In this document: one piece after another, positions 29,752-37,716 of the stretch
How the letters are laid out: every line of letters starts with the position of its first letter
How positions within the stretch are numbered: the first letter of the stretch is position 1
Assembly: GCA_024274785.1 (NCBI GenBank)
Contig: JAJSAM010000035.1
Location: 85,613-149,612 of the forward strand
Length of the DNA stretch: 64,000 bases
DNA from: Planctomycetota bacterium
GTDB taxonomy: Bacteria > Planctomycetota > JAJSAM01
Direction of reading: 5' to 3'
Translations under genes and position numbers: made by a program
The notes under the pieces: model-generated
Databases searched by the model: none
What the model saw: only the letters and a program-made list of their open reading frames with translations
What the model was told of the DNA's origin: nothing

Positions 29752-30675
29752 CTACGATCCCTTCGGAACGGCGGGCCGTGCCTGAACCACCCTCGGCTGG
29801 GTGTCCTTACCAAGTTGGACCAGTACGTTCGCGCTATCTGGCAGGATGTCGACCGTGGGGCGGGCCGAGAGCAGTTCCTCCGCCTCCAGGACTTCGAGCA
29901 CCGCGCCGAGCAGCTCGGGATCTTCCCCGGAGATCTCGTTCAGGGCGCGGCCGACGACCGTGGGGCGTGTCGAGTTCGCCTCGGCCATGGTCTGCGAGAC
30001 CTTGTTGGCCGTTTCGCTCCGGATCAGGCCCACGCGGTTCTCACCATCCTGCTTCATCGCACTCGTGACCTGCACCAGGCGCTTTACCACCTTTTCGGTG
30101 ATGTTTCTCACCATCTGTACGTCGGTGAAGAAGACCTTGCGGATGTAGACCGACCCCAGCCGATAGCCCCACTTCTCGGACATCGGCGATACGGCCCGGC
30201 GCACCGTGCGACTCAGGCTGTGGCGGTCCTCCAGCATCTTGTCCATCTCGAGGTTGCTGAGCGTGGAGATCGCCGAACTGGCCACGTTCGCCTGGAGCGA
30301 CCCTTCGGGATTGGTGTTGATGAACAGGTAGGCGACCGGGTCGTTGACCTGCATCTCGTACCAGATGCCGACTCCCATGGGTGTGCCTTCCTCGGAGTTG
30401 ATCATCTGGCCGCGCAGGTAGTGCTGCCGGAGCGCGGTGCGCACCATCTGCCGCTTTCCGAAGAATGGCAGCAGGAGGGCGCGGGGTCCGAACTCGACGA
30501 TGGGAAAGCCTATGCCGGGTTCGTCCATGGTGCCGATGACCTTGCCGAACAGGGTGAAGACCATCGCCCTGCACTCGGGAATGATGGCGTAGAGCCCCAG
30601 GCCACGGGAGATCGCGAGCACGAGCGGGATGGTGGCCAGACCGACGACCGCAGCGACGATGCATTCAGGTTTCAT
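29752..30675 (-). CDS. SPFH/band-7 (stomatin/HflK/C-like) domain protein
   Basis: N-terminal TM then SPFH-like core. RBS GGAGGA before ATG at MKPECIV. Confidence 0.75.
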   Translation of the reverse strand: MKPECIVAAVVGLATIPLVLAISRGLGLYAIIPECRAMVFTLFGKVIGTMDEPGIGFPIVEFGPRALLLPFFGKRQMVRTALRQHYLRGQMINSEEGTPMGVGIWYEMQVNDPVAYLFINTNPEGSLQANVASSAISTLSNLEMDKMLEDRHSLSRTVRRAVSPMSEKWGYRLGSVYIRKVFFTDVQMVRNITEKVVKRLVQVTSAMKQDGENRVGLIRSETANKVSQTMAEANSTRPTVVGRALNEISGEDPELLGAVLEVLEAEELLSARPTVDILPDSANVLVQLGKDTQPRVVQARPAVPKGS

Positions 30676-30700
30676 GATCCAATCCTCCACTGGTTCGGTC

Positions 30701-31690
30701 TCAGGAGTCCTCGGAGACGAGAATCAACCGCCGGGTTCGCGCGAGCAGCGGAACCCGCATGTTGCGGATGTAGGCCACGAGTGCCTCTTTGCCTCCCGCC
30801 GCCTTGATGGTCCGTAGCGAAGTCGCCAGTTCCCGCAAGGGGGCGACCTCGGCCTCCGCGTTGTTGATCGCGATCTCGATGGCTCGCTTGCTCATCGTGA
30901 TCTGTTGCTCGGAGTCGGCCCGGGCCGTGCTGATATCCGCCGCCACCTGGTTGCGCGTGCTGTTGATCGCCGAGAGGGCCCGATCGACATCCTCCGGCGG
31001 ATCGATCGTCGTGATCAGGGCCGCATCGAGTTCGATCCCGTAGCGCCCCGCGGTCGAAGCGCACTGTTGTTCCATGAAGGTGTTCAGCGTCGGGAGGTTA
31101 TTTCGAAGGTCGTTGATCGAGACTCCCTCGGAGAGTCCGACGGCAGATCCCGTGGGGTCCGCTTCGATCTCGGTGTCGTCGATCAGGCTCGGGCCTCTCG
31201 GATCGACGAAATTGGCGATCCGCTCTCGAAGCACGGAGACGAAATAGCCCATCACGTGCTCCAGCGGGCTGACAACTCCGAACAGGTAGGGGTAGAGGTT
31301 GTCCTCGCAGACCCGGAAGCGGATCTGCCCATTGACCCCGATGGTCAGGTTGTCCTTGGTGACCGCCTCGACCGTCGACTGGTCCTTGGTCGGGTCCCAG
31401 GCGAGATCGACCGCCTGCGTCGCGACGCTCACCTTGTGGACCTGCTGCCACGGCCACTTGAAGTAGGGGCCACCGGGACCGATCACGCGCACCGCCGGGT
31501 ATTGGTAGCGTTCGTGCTCCTCCTCGCTCATGGGCGGTCCGGCGGACTCCTGAAGCGGAAGCCGATCGGCGCGGCCGAAACTCGTGAGCACCGCACGCTG
31601 GTCGGGGCGAACGGTATAGAAGCCGGTCATGAGCACGCGGATCACGGCAAAGACGCCGAGTCCGGACAGGAAGAAAATGGCCATCGTCAT
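30701..31690 (-). CDS. SPFH/band-7 domain protein (second paralogue)
   Basis: TM (MAIFFLSGLGVFAVIRVLMTGF) then SPFH-like region with coiled-coil tail. RBS GGAGGG before ATG. Confidence 0.75.
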   Translation of the reverse strand: MTMAIFFLSGLGVFAVIRVLMTGFYTVRPDQRAVLTSFGRADRLPLQESAGPPMSEEEHERYQYPAVRVIGPGGPYFKWPWQQVHKVSVATQAVDLAWDPTKDQSTVEAVTKDNLTIGVNGQIRFRVCEDNLYPYLFGVVSPLEHVMGYFVSVLRERIANFVDPRGPSLIDDTEIEADPTGSAVGLSEGVSINDLRNNLPTLNTFMEQQCASTAGRYGIELDAALITTIDPPEDVDRALSAINSTRNQVAADISTARADSEQQITMSKRAIEIAINNAEAEVAPLRELATSLRTIKAAGGKEALVAYIRNMRVPLLARTRRLILVSEDS

Positions 31691-31844
31691 CGTTCTACCC
31701 TCCGTTACCTGCAACACTGCCGGTTGTTGCGAATCGTCAGCCTACACGGCGCGTCGCCTTGCGCAAGGCGCGATACGCTTTGAATAGCCACCTTGGCAGG
31801 AGCGTACACTGGGGAGCATCCATCCTGCTGAGATCTAGGAAGCC

Positions 31845-32330
31845 ATGCTCTACCGCGTCAAGGAGAAGTTCTGGTCCTGGGGAAACGACTTTTCGATCAC
31901 GGACGCCGACGGCAAACCCTGCTTCCTGGTCGACGGCGCCGCGTTCTCCTGGGGCGACGACCTTTCGGTGCAGGATCCCGACGGGCGCGAGCTGGCCCGG
32001 ATCACTCAGAAGCTGTTCTCCTTCATGCCTCGCTACCGCATCTACATCGGTGGAGAGTTTTTCGCGGAGGTCATCAAGGAGTGGACCTGGTTCAAGAAGA
32101 ACTTCACTCTGGATGTTCCGGGCCCGAACGATTACGCGATCGAGGGCTCGTTCTGGGAGCACGAGTTCGAGTTCGTGCGCGGCCGCCACGTGGTCGCTCG
32201 AGTGAGCAAGGACTACTGGAACTGGACGGACAGCTACGGCGTTTCGATCGAGGAAGGCGAAGACGACATCTCGATCATCTGCGCCTGCATCGTCATCGAC
32301 CAGGTCCTGCACGACGACAAGAACGACTGA
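31845..32330 (+). CDS. LURP-one-related (LOR/DUF567) tubby-C-terminal-like protein
   Basis: 161 aa. MLYRVKEKFWSWGNDFSITDADGKPCFLVDG...YRIYIGGEFFAEVIKEWTWFKKNFTLD: typical LOR/scramblase-like beta-barrel pattern. Confidence 0.6.
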   Translation: MLYRVKEKFWSWGNDFSITDADGKPCFLVDGAAFSWGDDLSVQDPDGRELARITQKLFSFMPRYRIYIGGEFFAEVIKEWTWFKKNFTLDVPGPNDYAIEGSFWEHEFEFVRGRHVVARVSKDYWNWTDSYGVSIEEGEDDISIICACIVIDQVLHDDKND

Positions 32331-32350
32331 TCACGTTACTCCGCCCCTGT

Positions 32351-32379
32351 GCAATCTGAATTCCACATATTCAGATTGC
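32351..32379 (+). terminator. Perfect 11-bp AT-rich inverted repeat (hairpin) downstream of the LOR gene
   Basis: GCAATCTGAAT-tccacat-ATTCAGATTGC. No U-tract follows. Lies at the left edge of the lower-GC island. Confidence 0.3.
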
Positions 32380-32389
32380 GGAGAGCCAT

Positions 32390-32497
32390 CATCAAATCGC
32401 CGTGCACGCCGCCGTCACAGAAATACATCTGACGCTCCCGGACCGCCAGCACGGTCGCCCAGAGATCGACCCTCCATTGCGGCTGGGCCGCGCTGTG
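32390..32497 (-). repeat. Dispersed intergenic repeat, copy D (reverse orientation)
   Basis: Reverse complement of ...gccagcacggtcgcccagagatcgaccctccattgcggctgggccgcgctgtg matches copies A-C, including the tail (gtcacagaaatacatctgacgctcccggaccgcc vs rc of copy A). Confidence 0.8.
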
Positions 32498-32623
32498 GCG
32501 GTAGGAATCTGATCACGGCGAGCTTCACCCGGTCGGTCCCAACTCCGGGTCTTGGTCGCATCCATACGATCGCTTGACACGGTCCCATGCTGTGCTCCAA
32601 TGAGAGATGAGAGGAGCATTGGG

Positions 32624-33649
32624 ATGAGTGTCGGACCGAGGGTGCCTCCGGAAGTTTGCGGACTTCTCCGGGCGATCGAATGTTCTCTGGCCGGGAACGA
32701 GACGTACCTTGATGCCTGGTACCGAACGAAGCGTGTAAGCCTCGGGCGTACGCTCTATTCCTGGACGAGAAAAAGCCAATCTGCAGATGAGATCCTTCAG
32801 GCCATCCTGATCGCTGCGCTGCACGCGTCACGCGCGCGGACCACCGTGAAAAACGAGGCGGGGTGGATGTCTCGCGTCGCCGCGAATACCCTCGCAGACA
32901 TCAGGCGCGAGGATCGCCTTCGCAGATGCCAGTCCCATGAATTGTGCGACCTGCCCGATGAATCGAGTCTGGCCGACCCTTTCCGGGTCATCGCCGCAAA
33001 GGACGCCTTGTGCCGTATGATCATCATTGCCGCAACTTTCGGATCACCGGAGCGCGAAGCACTTCTGCTTCGTCTCAAATACCGTTGGGACCAGGGAGAG
33101 ATCGACCTATGGCTCACGAACTGGCTCGGGATAGGCAAAGACCGGGCTCGCAAGATCAGACGGAGTGGCCGGAAACTGCTGCGGAAGGTGGTTTCCGGCA
33201 AGTGCGCTGGGCGGGTTGGTCCTCGGCACAGAGTTTTGACGCCCCCCCCCCCCGTTTTCCTGACTAATACTACAGTCAAGCCGCGACCTCATGAAACGCC
33301 GAAGTCTCGGCAGATCGCAGAGGCCGCAAACCAAAGGAGGAAGGGATGGGAGTCTCCGTCAAGTCTGTATTGCTCGCCGCATTGCTCTACGTGTGCATCT
33401 TTGCGCTCGCCCAGCAGGTTGAGGCGACGGAATGCACCGGGGTTGGGCAAAACCGCAAGAGTTCCTTGGACCAATTCGGCAGTTGTCCCTCCAACGAAGA
33501 CTGGTGCTGCACCTTTGCACGCTTCGAGGGCCTCGGTGTCCCGGACAGTGCGAGTTGCGACCCGGTGGAGCGGTCAGCGACTCTGGATAATCCTGATCCC
33601 AACCAGAACAGCATTGACCCGATGCTTTCCAACGAGGTACCTACCGTGA
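32624..33649 (+). CDS. Divergent ECF-like sigma-70 family protein; true 3' end uncertain (C12 tract at 33242-33253)
   Basis: Strong RBS (GAGGAG) before ATG 32624. Region-2-like (ADEILQAILIAALHASRAR) and region-4-like (SPEREALLLRLKYRWDQGEIDLWLTNWLGIGKDRARKIRRSGRKLLRKV) segments. Several Cys (CGLLRAIEC, CQSHELC). After the polyC (PPPP) the frame runs a further about 130 codons overlapping the next gene and looks non-coding. A tract of C11 or C13 would terminate within 5 codons. Confidence 0.5.
   Translation: MSVGPRVPPEVCGLLRAIECSLAGNETYLDAWYRTKRVSLGRTLYSWTRKSQSADEILQAILIAALHASRARTTVKNEAGWMSRVAANTLADIRREDRLRRCQSHELCDLPDESSLADPFRVIAAKDALCRMIIIAATFGSPEREALLLRLKYRWDQGEIDLWLTNWLGIGKDRARKIRRSGRKLLRKVVSGKCAGRVGPRHRVLTPPPPVFLTNTTVKPRPHETPKSRQIAEAANQRRKGWESPSSLYCSPHCSTCASLRSPSRLRRRNAPGLGKTARVPWTNSAVVPPTKTGAAPLHASRASVSRTVRVATRWSGQRLWIILIPTRTALTRCFPTRYLP
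33242..33253. repeat. C12 homopolymeric tract inside the 3' end of the ECF-like sigma ORF
   Basis: gaCCCCCCCCCCCCgttttcc read directly in the sequence. Confidence 0.9.
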
Positions 33650-33798
33650 TTACACACTACGGTTCAGGGATCGGCCACCAGTGGGTCGTTAAGGTGTGCG
33701 GACCGGCGGGAATCCCAGTCCACATCACCGTTTCGTTCCGCAATTCGTTCGGACTATCGACAGCCTCTTGGGCGATCATTATTAAACCAGAGTGCTGA
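33346..33798 (+). CDS. Secreted cysteine-rich small protein (150 aa)
   Basis: Strong RBS (AAAGGAGGAAGGGATG). Signal peptide (MGVSVKSVLLAALLYVCIFALAQQVEA). Mature part has 8 Cys (TECTG...GSCPSNEDWCCTFARF...SCDP...VCGP...PEC). Lower-GC region. Confidence 0.65.
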   Translation: MGVSVKSVLLAALLYVCIFALAQQVEATECTGVGQNRKSSLDQFGSCPSNEDWCCTFARFEGLGVPDSASCDPVERSATLDNPDPNQNSIDPMLSNEVPTVITHYGSGIGHQWVVKVCGPAGIPVHITVSFRNSFGLSTASWAIIIKPEC

Positions 33799-33864
33799 GC
33801 ATTTTCATGGCGATTGAAGATGTGCCATTCCCCGGCCATTTGCATTCCCGGAAGGTCGCCTCAA

Positions 33865-36339
33865 ATGACGAATTCGAGATGGCTGCTATTGGTGATCTCA
33901 ATCGCCATAGTTTGCGCGGCAGTTGGCGCACTATCCGTCGATAATGAAGCCAAACCGCCGCACCAGGTGGTCGAAAGCTACGCCTCGTCTGAGGTCAAGG
34001 AACTCCCAACTGTCGAGAGGGCGCAGGCTGCAAATGGCGTGGGGATTGATGTCCAGCCACCACTGCAGCACGGCGAAGAAATCAAGGCAACCTGGCTGAT
34101 CGGGGGTGTAGATCGCCAGGTTGCCGCAGTGCCCTCTGTTGCTGGGCTGGATCACATCGATCTACCGTATCCTTCAGAAACGCCAGAGTCGCTGACTCTC
34201 GCGCGGGATGGATTCGCTTCCGCCCGGATCGATCACACGGTGAACGGTGGGCGGTACGCTGTTGAGTTCGTACGCTGCGGTTCGGCGTTGGTCTGCGTAG
34301 AATCCACCACTGGAGCATACGACCCGGAAACTGCCGCCGTTCGCCTCGAGTGCAATGGCCTTCGCCATTCCCCGGTTGAACAGCATGGTGGGGAGTTCAG
34401 GTTTGAAGATCTGTCTCCCGGTCGATATGGGGTCGATCTCGACCCGGACGGTTCTGGCTTCATCACTTTCGGGTATCTCCCCGTTAACGCAGGACAGCCA
34501 TCGAGATTCGGCATCGACCTCCGGGGGCAGTCTGACATTGCCGGGCGGATCCTCATGCACGGTAGACCGCTTGCGGATTCCAGCGCGCTTACCGTGAGGA
34601 TGACGGAAGCTCAACTGAAGGTGGCAAGGCCCCAGTATGTACTCCCCGTGAATCCGGATGGGTCGTTTCAGGGCCAGGTGCGGCGGGGCGACTACTCGGT
34701 CACGGTGGTGAGAGGCGAGCAACTGGTCGGGACTTTCGCCTGGATGGTGTCAACCAGGGAGGAGAGCCGGGACTTTGACCTGGCGGAGGTTCTCCGGGTC
34801 TCGGGGCGAATTCTGGATGCCGAGGGGCAAACACTTCCGAACGTGGACCTGGTCTTCGCGGAGCCCCGAGAGGGTGGAGGAGTTCACAGCTGTCGGAGCG
34901 ATGATTCGGGCGAGTTCAGAGCACTTCTTCCCGCTGGAGTGCGCCACAGTGTTCAGATTCGGGGGAAGTCTTTCGGAGTGATGACCCTGGGTTCCATCAC
35001 TCTCACCGAGGACACGACGATCGACTTTCAGATTCCATGCGGAAGCAAGGTGCATGGCCGGATTTCTTCCGCAAATGGTGAACCTCTGGCCGGTGTCATC
35101 ATCAGTCTGATGAACTGGCGGGTGCGTACGGGAGATTCTGGTGAGTTCGAGATTGCGGATGTGCCCGCCGGTCGATTCAAGATCTACGCCTACAGACAAC
35201 CTGGCAACATTCTCATCAATTTCAGTGATCTGATTGTAGTGGGTGGGGAAGACCTTTGGTTGGAACTCGTGGAGGATCTTCCCCCAGCGGGGTTTGTCGC
35301 CGGGAAGGTGGTTTCTGCCGACGGAAAGCCGATATCGGGTATCCGAGTTCAGGCCGCGGGTGTCGCCGGCGGGCTGACCGGATGCATCACGAAGCGCGAC
35401 GGGAAGTTCAAGTTCAAGGTTCACGGTGATGTGGTCAATGTGTGGGCAAATGGCCCGGAGGAGAAGGGGCTTTGCAGGGCGGTGGCCAAGGTACCGCTCG
35501 GGACTCAGGATATCGTTCTGGTTCTCCTGGCCCCGGTCGAGTTGAAATTCGTGTTCATGCTGGATCAGAAGCGATTCTTGGGCCCGATTGACGGTCTGTT
35601 GGCGCTCAAGGATGAGAGTGGTAAGTCAACTGCGTTGGGAGTGGGCTCATCTGCGAGGGCCATGGAACGTTTCCGGCGCATACCCGCAGGTCGCTATAGG
35701 ATGATGTTCCTGTTCAGTCAGTCATTTGCGAACACCGACTGGTTCGAGGTCGACCTCCGGGAGAGTCAACGCTCGGAGGTGCAGGTTGAACTGGTGGCCG
35801 GTTCGCAGCCTGCGCTTGATTTCGATTCGCCATTCTCCGGCAGGTTCGCCGTGCGGTCCGGAGATGGGCGGATTGTGTACGCCGTGGATCTGCTCAACGC
35901 CAGGTCATCATTCCGGATTGGCCGGATCCTCCCGGCCGGGAGCTACGAGGTGCTTGCGTTCTCCCGATACGGTGAGGTTGCAGTGGGTCAGCTCGAGGTT
36001 CTCGCCGACCACTCTGAACCGGTCTCCTGGGAGGTCTTTCGGGGCAGTATCCAGATCAAGGTGATGGATGCGGCCGGGAACCCCGTGGTCGGTCGGCGGA
36101 TCCGGGTCTGTGCGGCTGAGAACTGCCGGGACGTGCCCCTGGGCATCGCTGTGGAGAAGTTGCAGATGGGCTCCGTCCTTACGGAGCGACAAGCACTGAC
36201 CGACGATGGAGGACGATGTTGTTTCGCGGGGCTGCTTCCGGCGAGCTACGTCCTTACCGGCCATGGAGGAGATGCGGTAACCGTCATCGTTGGCGAGGGA
36301 GATGCCAGCCACCCTGCGGTACTCCTCACATGCGAATGA
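33865..36339 (+). CDS. N-terminally anchored 824-aa protein made of carboxypeptidase-regulatory-like (CarbopepD_reg/Ig-like) beta-sandwich repeats
   Basis: TM/signal anchor (WLLLVISIAIVCAAVGALSV). Repeated about 80-90-aa units with G-x-hydrophobic motifs, e.g. GRISSANGEPLAGVIISLMNWRVRTGDSGEFEIADVPAGRFKIYA and GKVVSADGKPISGIRVQAAG...DGKFKFKV. ATG 33865 has GGAAGG RBS. The track ORF start at 33814 is TTG. Confidence 0.65.
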   Translation: MTNSRWLLLVISIAIVCAAVGALSVDNEAKPPHQVVESYASSEVKELPTVERAQAANGVGIDVQPPLQHGEEIKATWLIGGVDRQVAAVPSVAGLDHIDLPYPSETPESLTLARDGFASARIDHTVNGGRYAVEFVRCGSALVCVESTTGAYDPETAAVRLECNGLRHSPVEQHGGEFRFEDLSPGRYGVDLDPDGSGFITFGYLPVNAGQPSRFGIDLRGQSDIAGRILMHGRPLADSSALTVRMTEAQLKVARPQYVLPVNPDGSFQGQVRRGDYSVTVVRGEQLVGTFAWMVSTREESRDFDLAEVLRVSGRILDAEGQTLPNVDLVFAEPREGGGVHSCRSDDSGEFRALLPAGVRHSVQIRGKSFGVMTLGSITLTEDTTIDFQIPCGSKVHGRISSANGEPLAGVIISLMNWRVRTGDSGEFEIADVPAGRFKIYAYRQPGNILINFSDLIVVGGEDLWLELVEDLPPAGFVAGKVVSADGKPISGIRVQAAGVAGGLTGCITKRDGKFKFKVHGDVVNVWANGPEEKGLCRAVAKVPLGTQDIVLVLLAPVELKFVFMLDQKRFLGPIDGLLALKDESGKSTALGVGSSARAMERFRRIPAGRYRMMFLFSQSFANTDWFEVDLRESQRSEVQVELVAGSQPALDFDSPFSGRFAVRSGDGRIVYAVDLLNARSSFRIGRILPAGSYEVLAFSRYGEVAVGQLEVLADHSEPVSWEVFRGSIQIKVMDAAGNPVVGRRIRVCAAENCRDVPLGIAVEKLQMGSVLTERQALTDDGGRCCFAGLLPASYVLTGHGGDAVTVIVGEGDASHPAVLLTCE

Positions 36340-36788
36340 GCAGGAGCATCCACCTGGCGATTTCGTTGACCCAGAGAGTGGTTGGAGTCCTTCTGATCTA
36401 CTCGGGTGTCGCCAAGACGGTCCTGCCGGAAGCCAGGTGTGGATTCGGCGCGGTCGTCCGCTCGCTCAATCTTCCGGACTCCATGCGGGCCGTGCTGCAG
36501 AGCGGACTCGGGCCCCTCGAGGTTGCCGTCGGGATCTGCCTGCTGGTCGGTTTCCTGCGCAAGGTCCATCTGAGTGTGAGCGTCTGCCTCATGGCCGCCT
36601 TCGTGGGCGCTACTGCCATGCAGAGCGCTTCGGGCTTCCAGGACAGGGCGTGCGGGTGCGGGCTGGGCATTGCGGTGAGTGTCGGCGCAGCTCTGGTACG
36701 CAACTCGATCCTGCTTGCGCTACTCTGCGGCTGCCTGCTGCACGAGTTCTGGGCGGGGAGGTCTCCGGTGCAGCTTTCAGGATCTTGA
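36330..36788 (+). CDS. MauE/DoxX-family membrane protein
   Basis: About 150 aa, 4 predicted TM. LTQRVVGVLLIYSGVAKTVLPE matches the MauE/DoxX N-terminal helix pattern. Overlaps the stop of the upstream gene (ATGA at 36336). Confidence 0.55.
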   Translation: MRMSRSIHLAISLTQRVVGVLLIYSGVAKTVLPEARCGFGAVVRSLNLPDSMRAVLQSGLGPLEVAVGICLLVGFLRKVHLSVSVCLMAAFVGATAMQSASGFQDRACGCGLGIAVSVGAALVRNSILLALLCGCLLHEFWAGRSPVQLSGS

Positions 36789-36813
36789 GGAGGCGCTTGA
36801 CGGACCTGGCCAC

Positions 36814-37716
36814 TCAGGCCGACATTTTCGCCATCATCGCTTCGAAGTTCTCATCCACACCGCGCTGGATTTCGGCGATGGCCTCTTCGTCGCCGATGAC
36901 GTGCTTGAAGCGCGACTGGTACTTGAGGTACTCCCCGATCGGCTTGCGCTTGCTGACCTTCTTCGTCACCTTGCGGACGCCGTCGACCATCTCGTAGAGG
37001 ACGATGCAGCCGGTGGTGACCGCCAGCTTCGCGACCTTGACGATGTCCCTGGTGTCGATCCCCCAACCCGTCGGGCAGGGGCTGTGGCAGTGGATGTAGC
37101 TCGGGCCCCGGACCGCCGCGGCCTTCTGTACCTTCTCCATCAGGTCGAGGGGGTAGCCGATGGAGGCCGACGCGGCGTAGGGGATGTGGTGGGCGGCGAC
37201 GATCTCCACCATGTCCTTCTTGAGTTCAGGGGGGCGGTCCTCGCCTTTGGTCACCGAGCCGATCGGCGTCGTGGAGGTGCGGGCGCCGAAGGAAGTGGTG
37301 CCGCTCCGCTGCCCTCCGGTGTTCATGTAGGACTCGTTGTCGTAGCAGAGGTAGATGAAGTCCTGGTTGCGCTCGATGGCGCCGGAGAGCGACGACAATC
37401 CGATGTCCGCGGTTCCGCCATCGCCCGCGACCACGAGCAGGTTCATGTCCTCGCGTTTGCCCATCGCTTTCAGGGCGTCGTCGATGCCGGAGATCACCGC
37501 CGGCGCGTTCTCGAAGAGCACGTGGAAGTGAGGGACCTTCGGAACCCCCATCTGCATCACCACCGCCAGGCAGCCGGTGGCGTTGATGACGATGGTGTTT
37601 TTCCCGAGCACCTTCAGGGTGTGCCGGAAGCCGAGCATCTCCGGGCAGCCGGCGCAGGCGAGGTTGCCGAGGGAGAGGTGCTCTTCTCGCGAGACGTCTT
37701 TGAGTTTCATGGCCAT
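36814..37716 (-). CDS. porB: 2-oxoacid (pyruvate):ferredoxin oxidoreductase beta subunit (TPP-binding)
   Basis: GNLACAGCPE...VVAGDGGTADIGLSSL...ESYMNTGGQRS: TPP-binding PorB signature. Start MAMKLKDV. The track ORF upstream extension looks non-coding. Confidence 0.85.
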   Translation of the reverse strand: MAMKLKDVSREEHLSLGNLACAGCPEMLGFRHTLKVLGKNTIVINATGCLAVVMQMGVPKVPHFHVLFENAPAVISGIDDALKAMGKREDMNLLVVAGDGGTADIGLSSLSGAIERNQDFIYLCYDNESYMNTGGQRSGTTSFGARTSTTPIGSVTKGEDRPPELKKDMVEIVAAHHIPYAASASIGYPLDLMEKVQKAAAVRGPSYIHCHSPCPTGWGIDTRDIVKVAKLAVTTGCIVLYEMVDGVRKVTKKVSKRKPIGEYLKYQSRFKHVIGDEEAIAEIQRGVDENFEAMMAKMSA

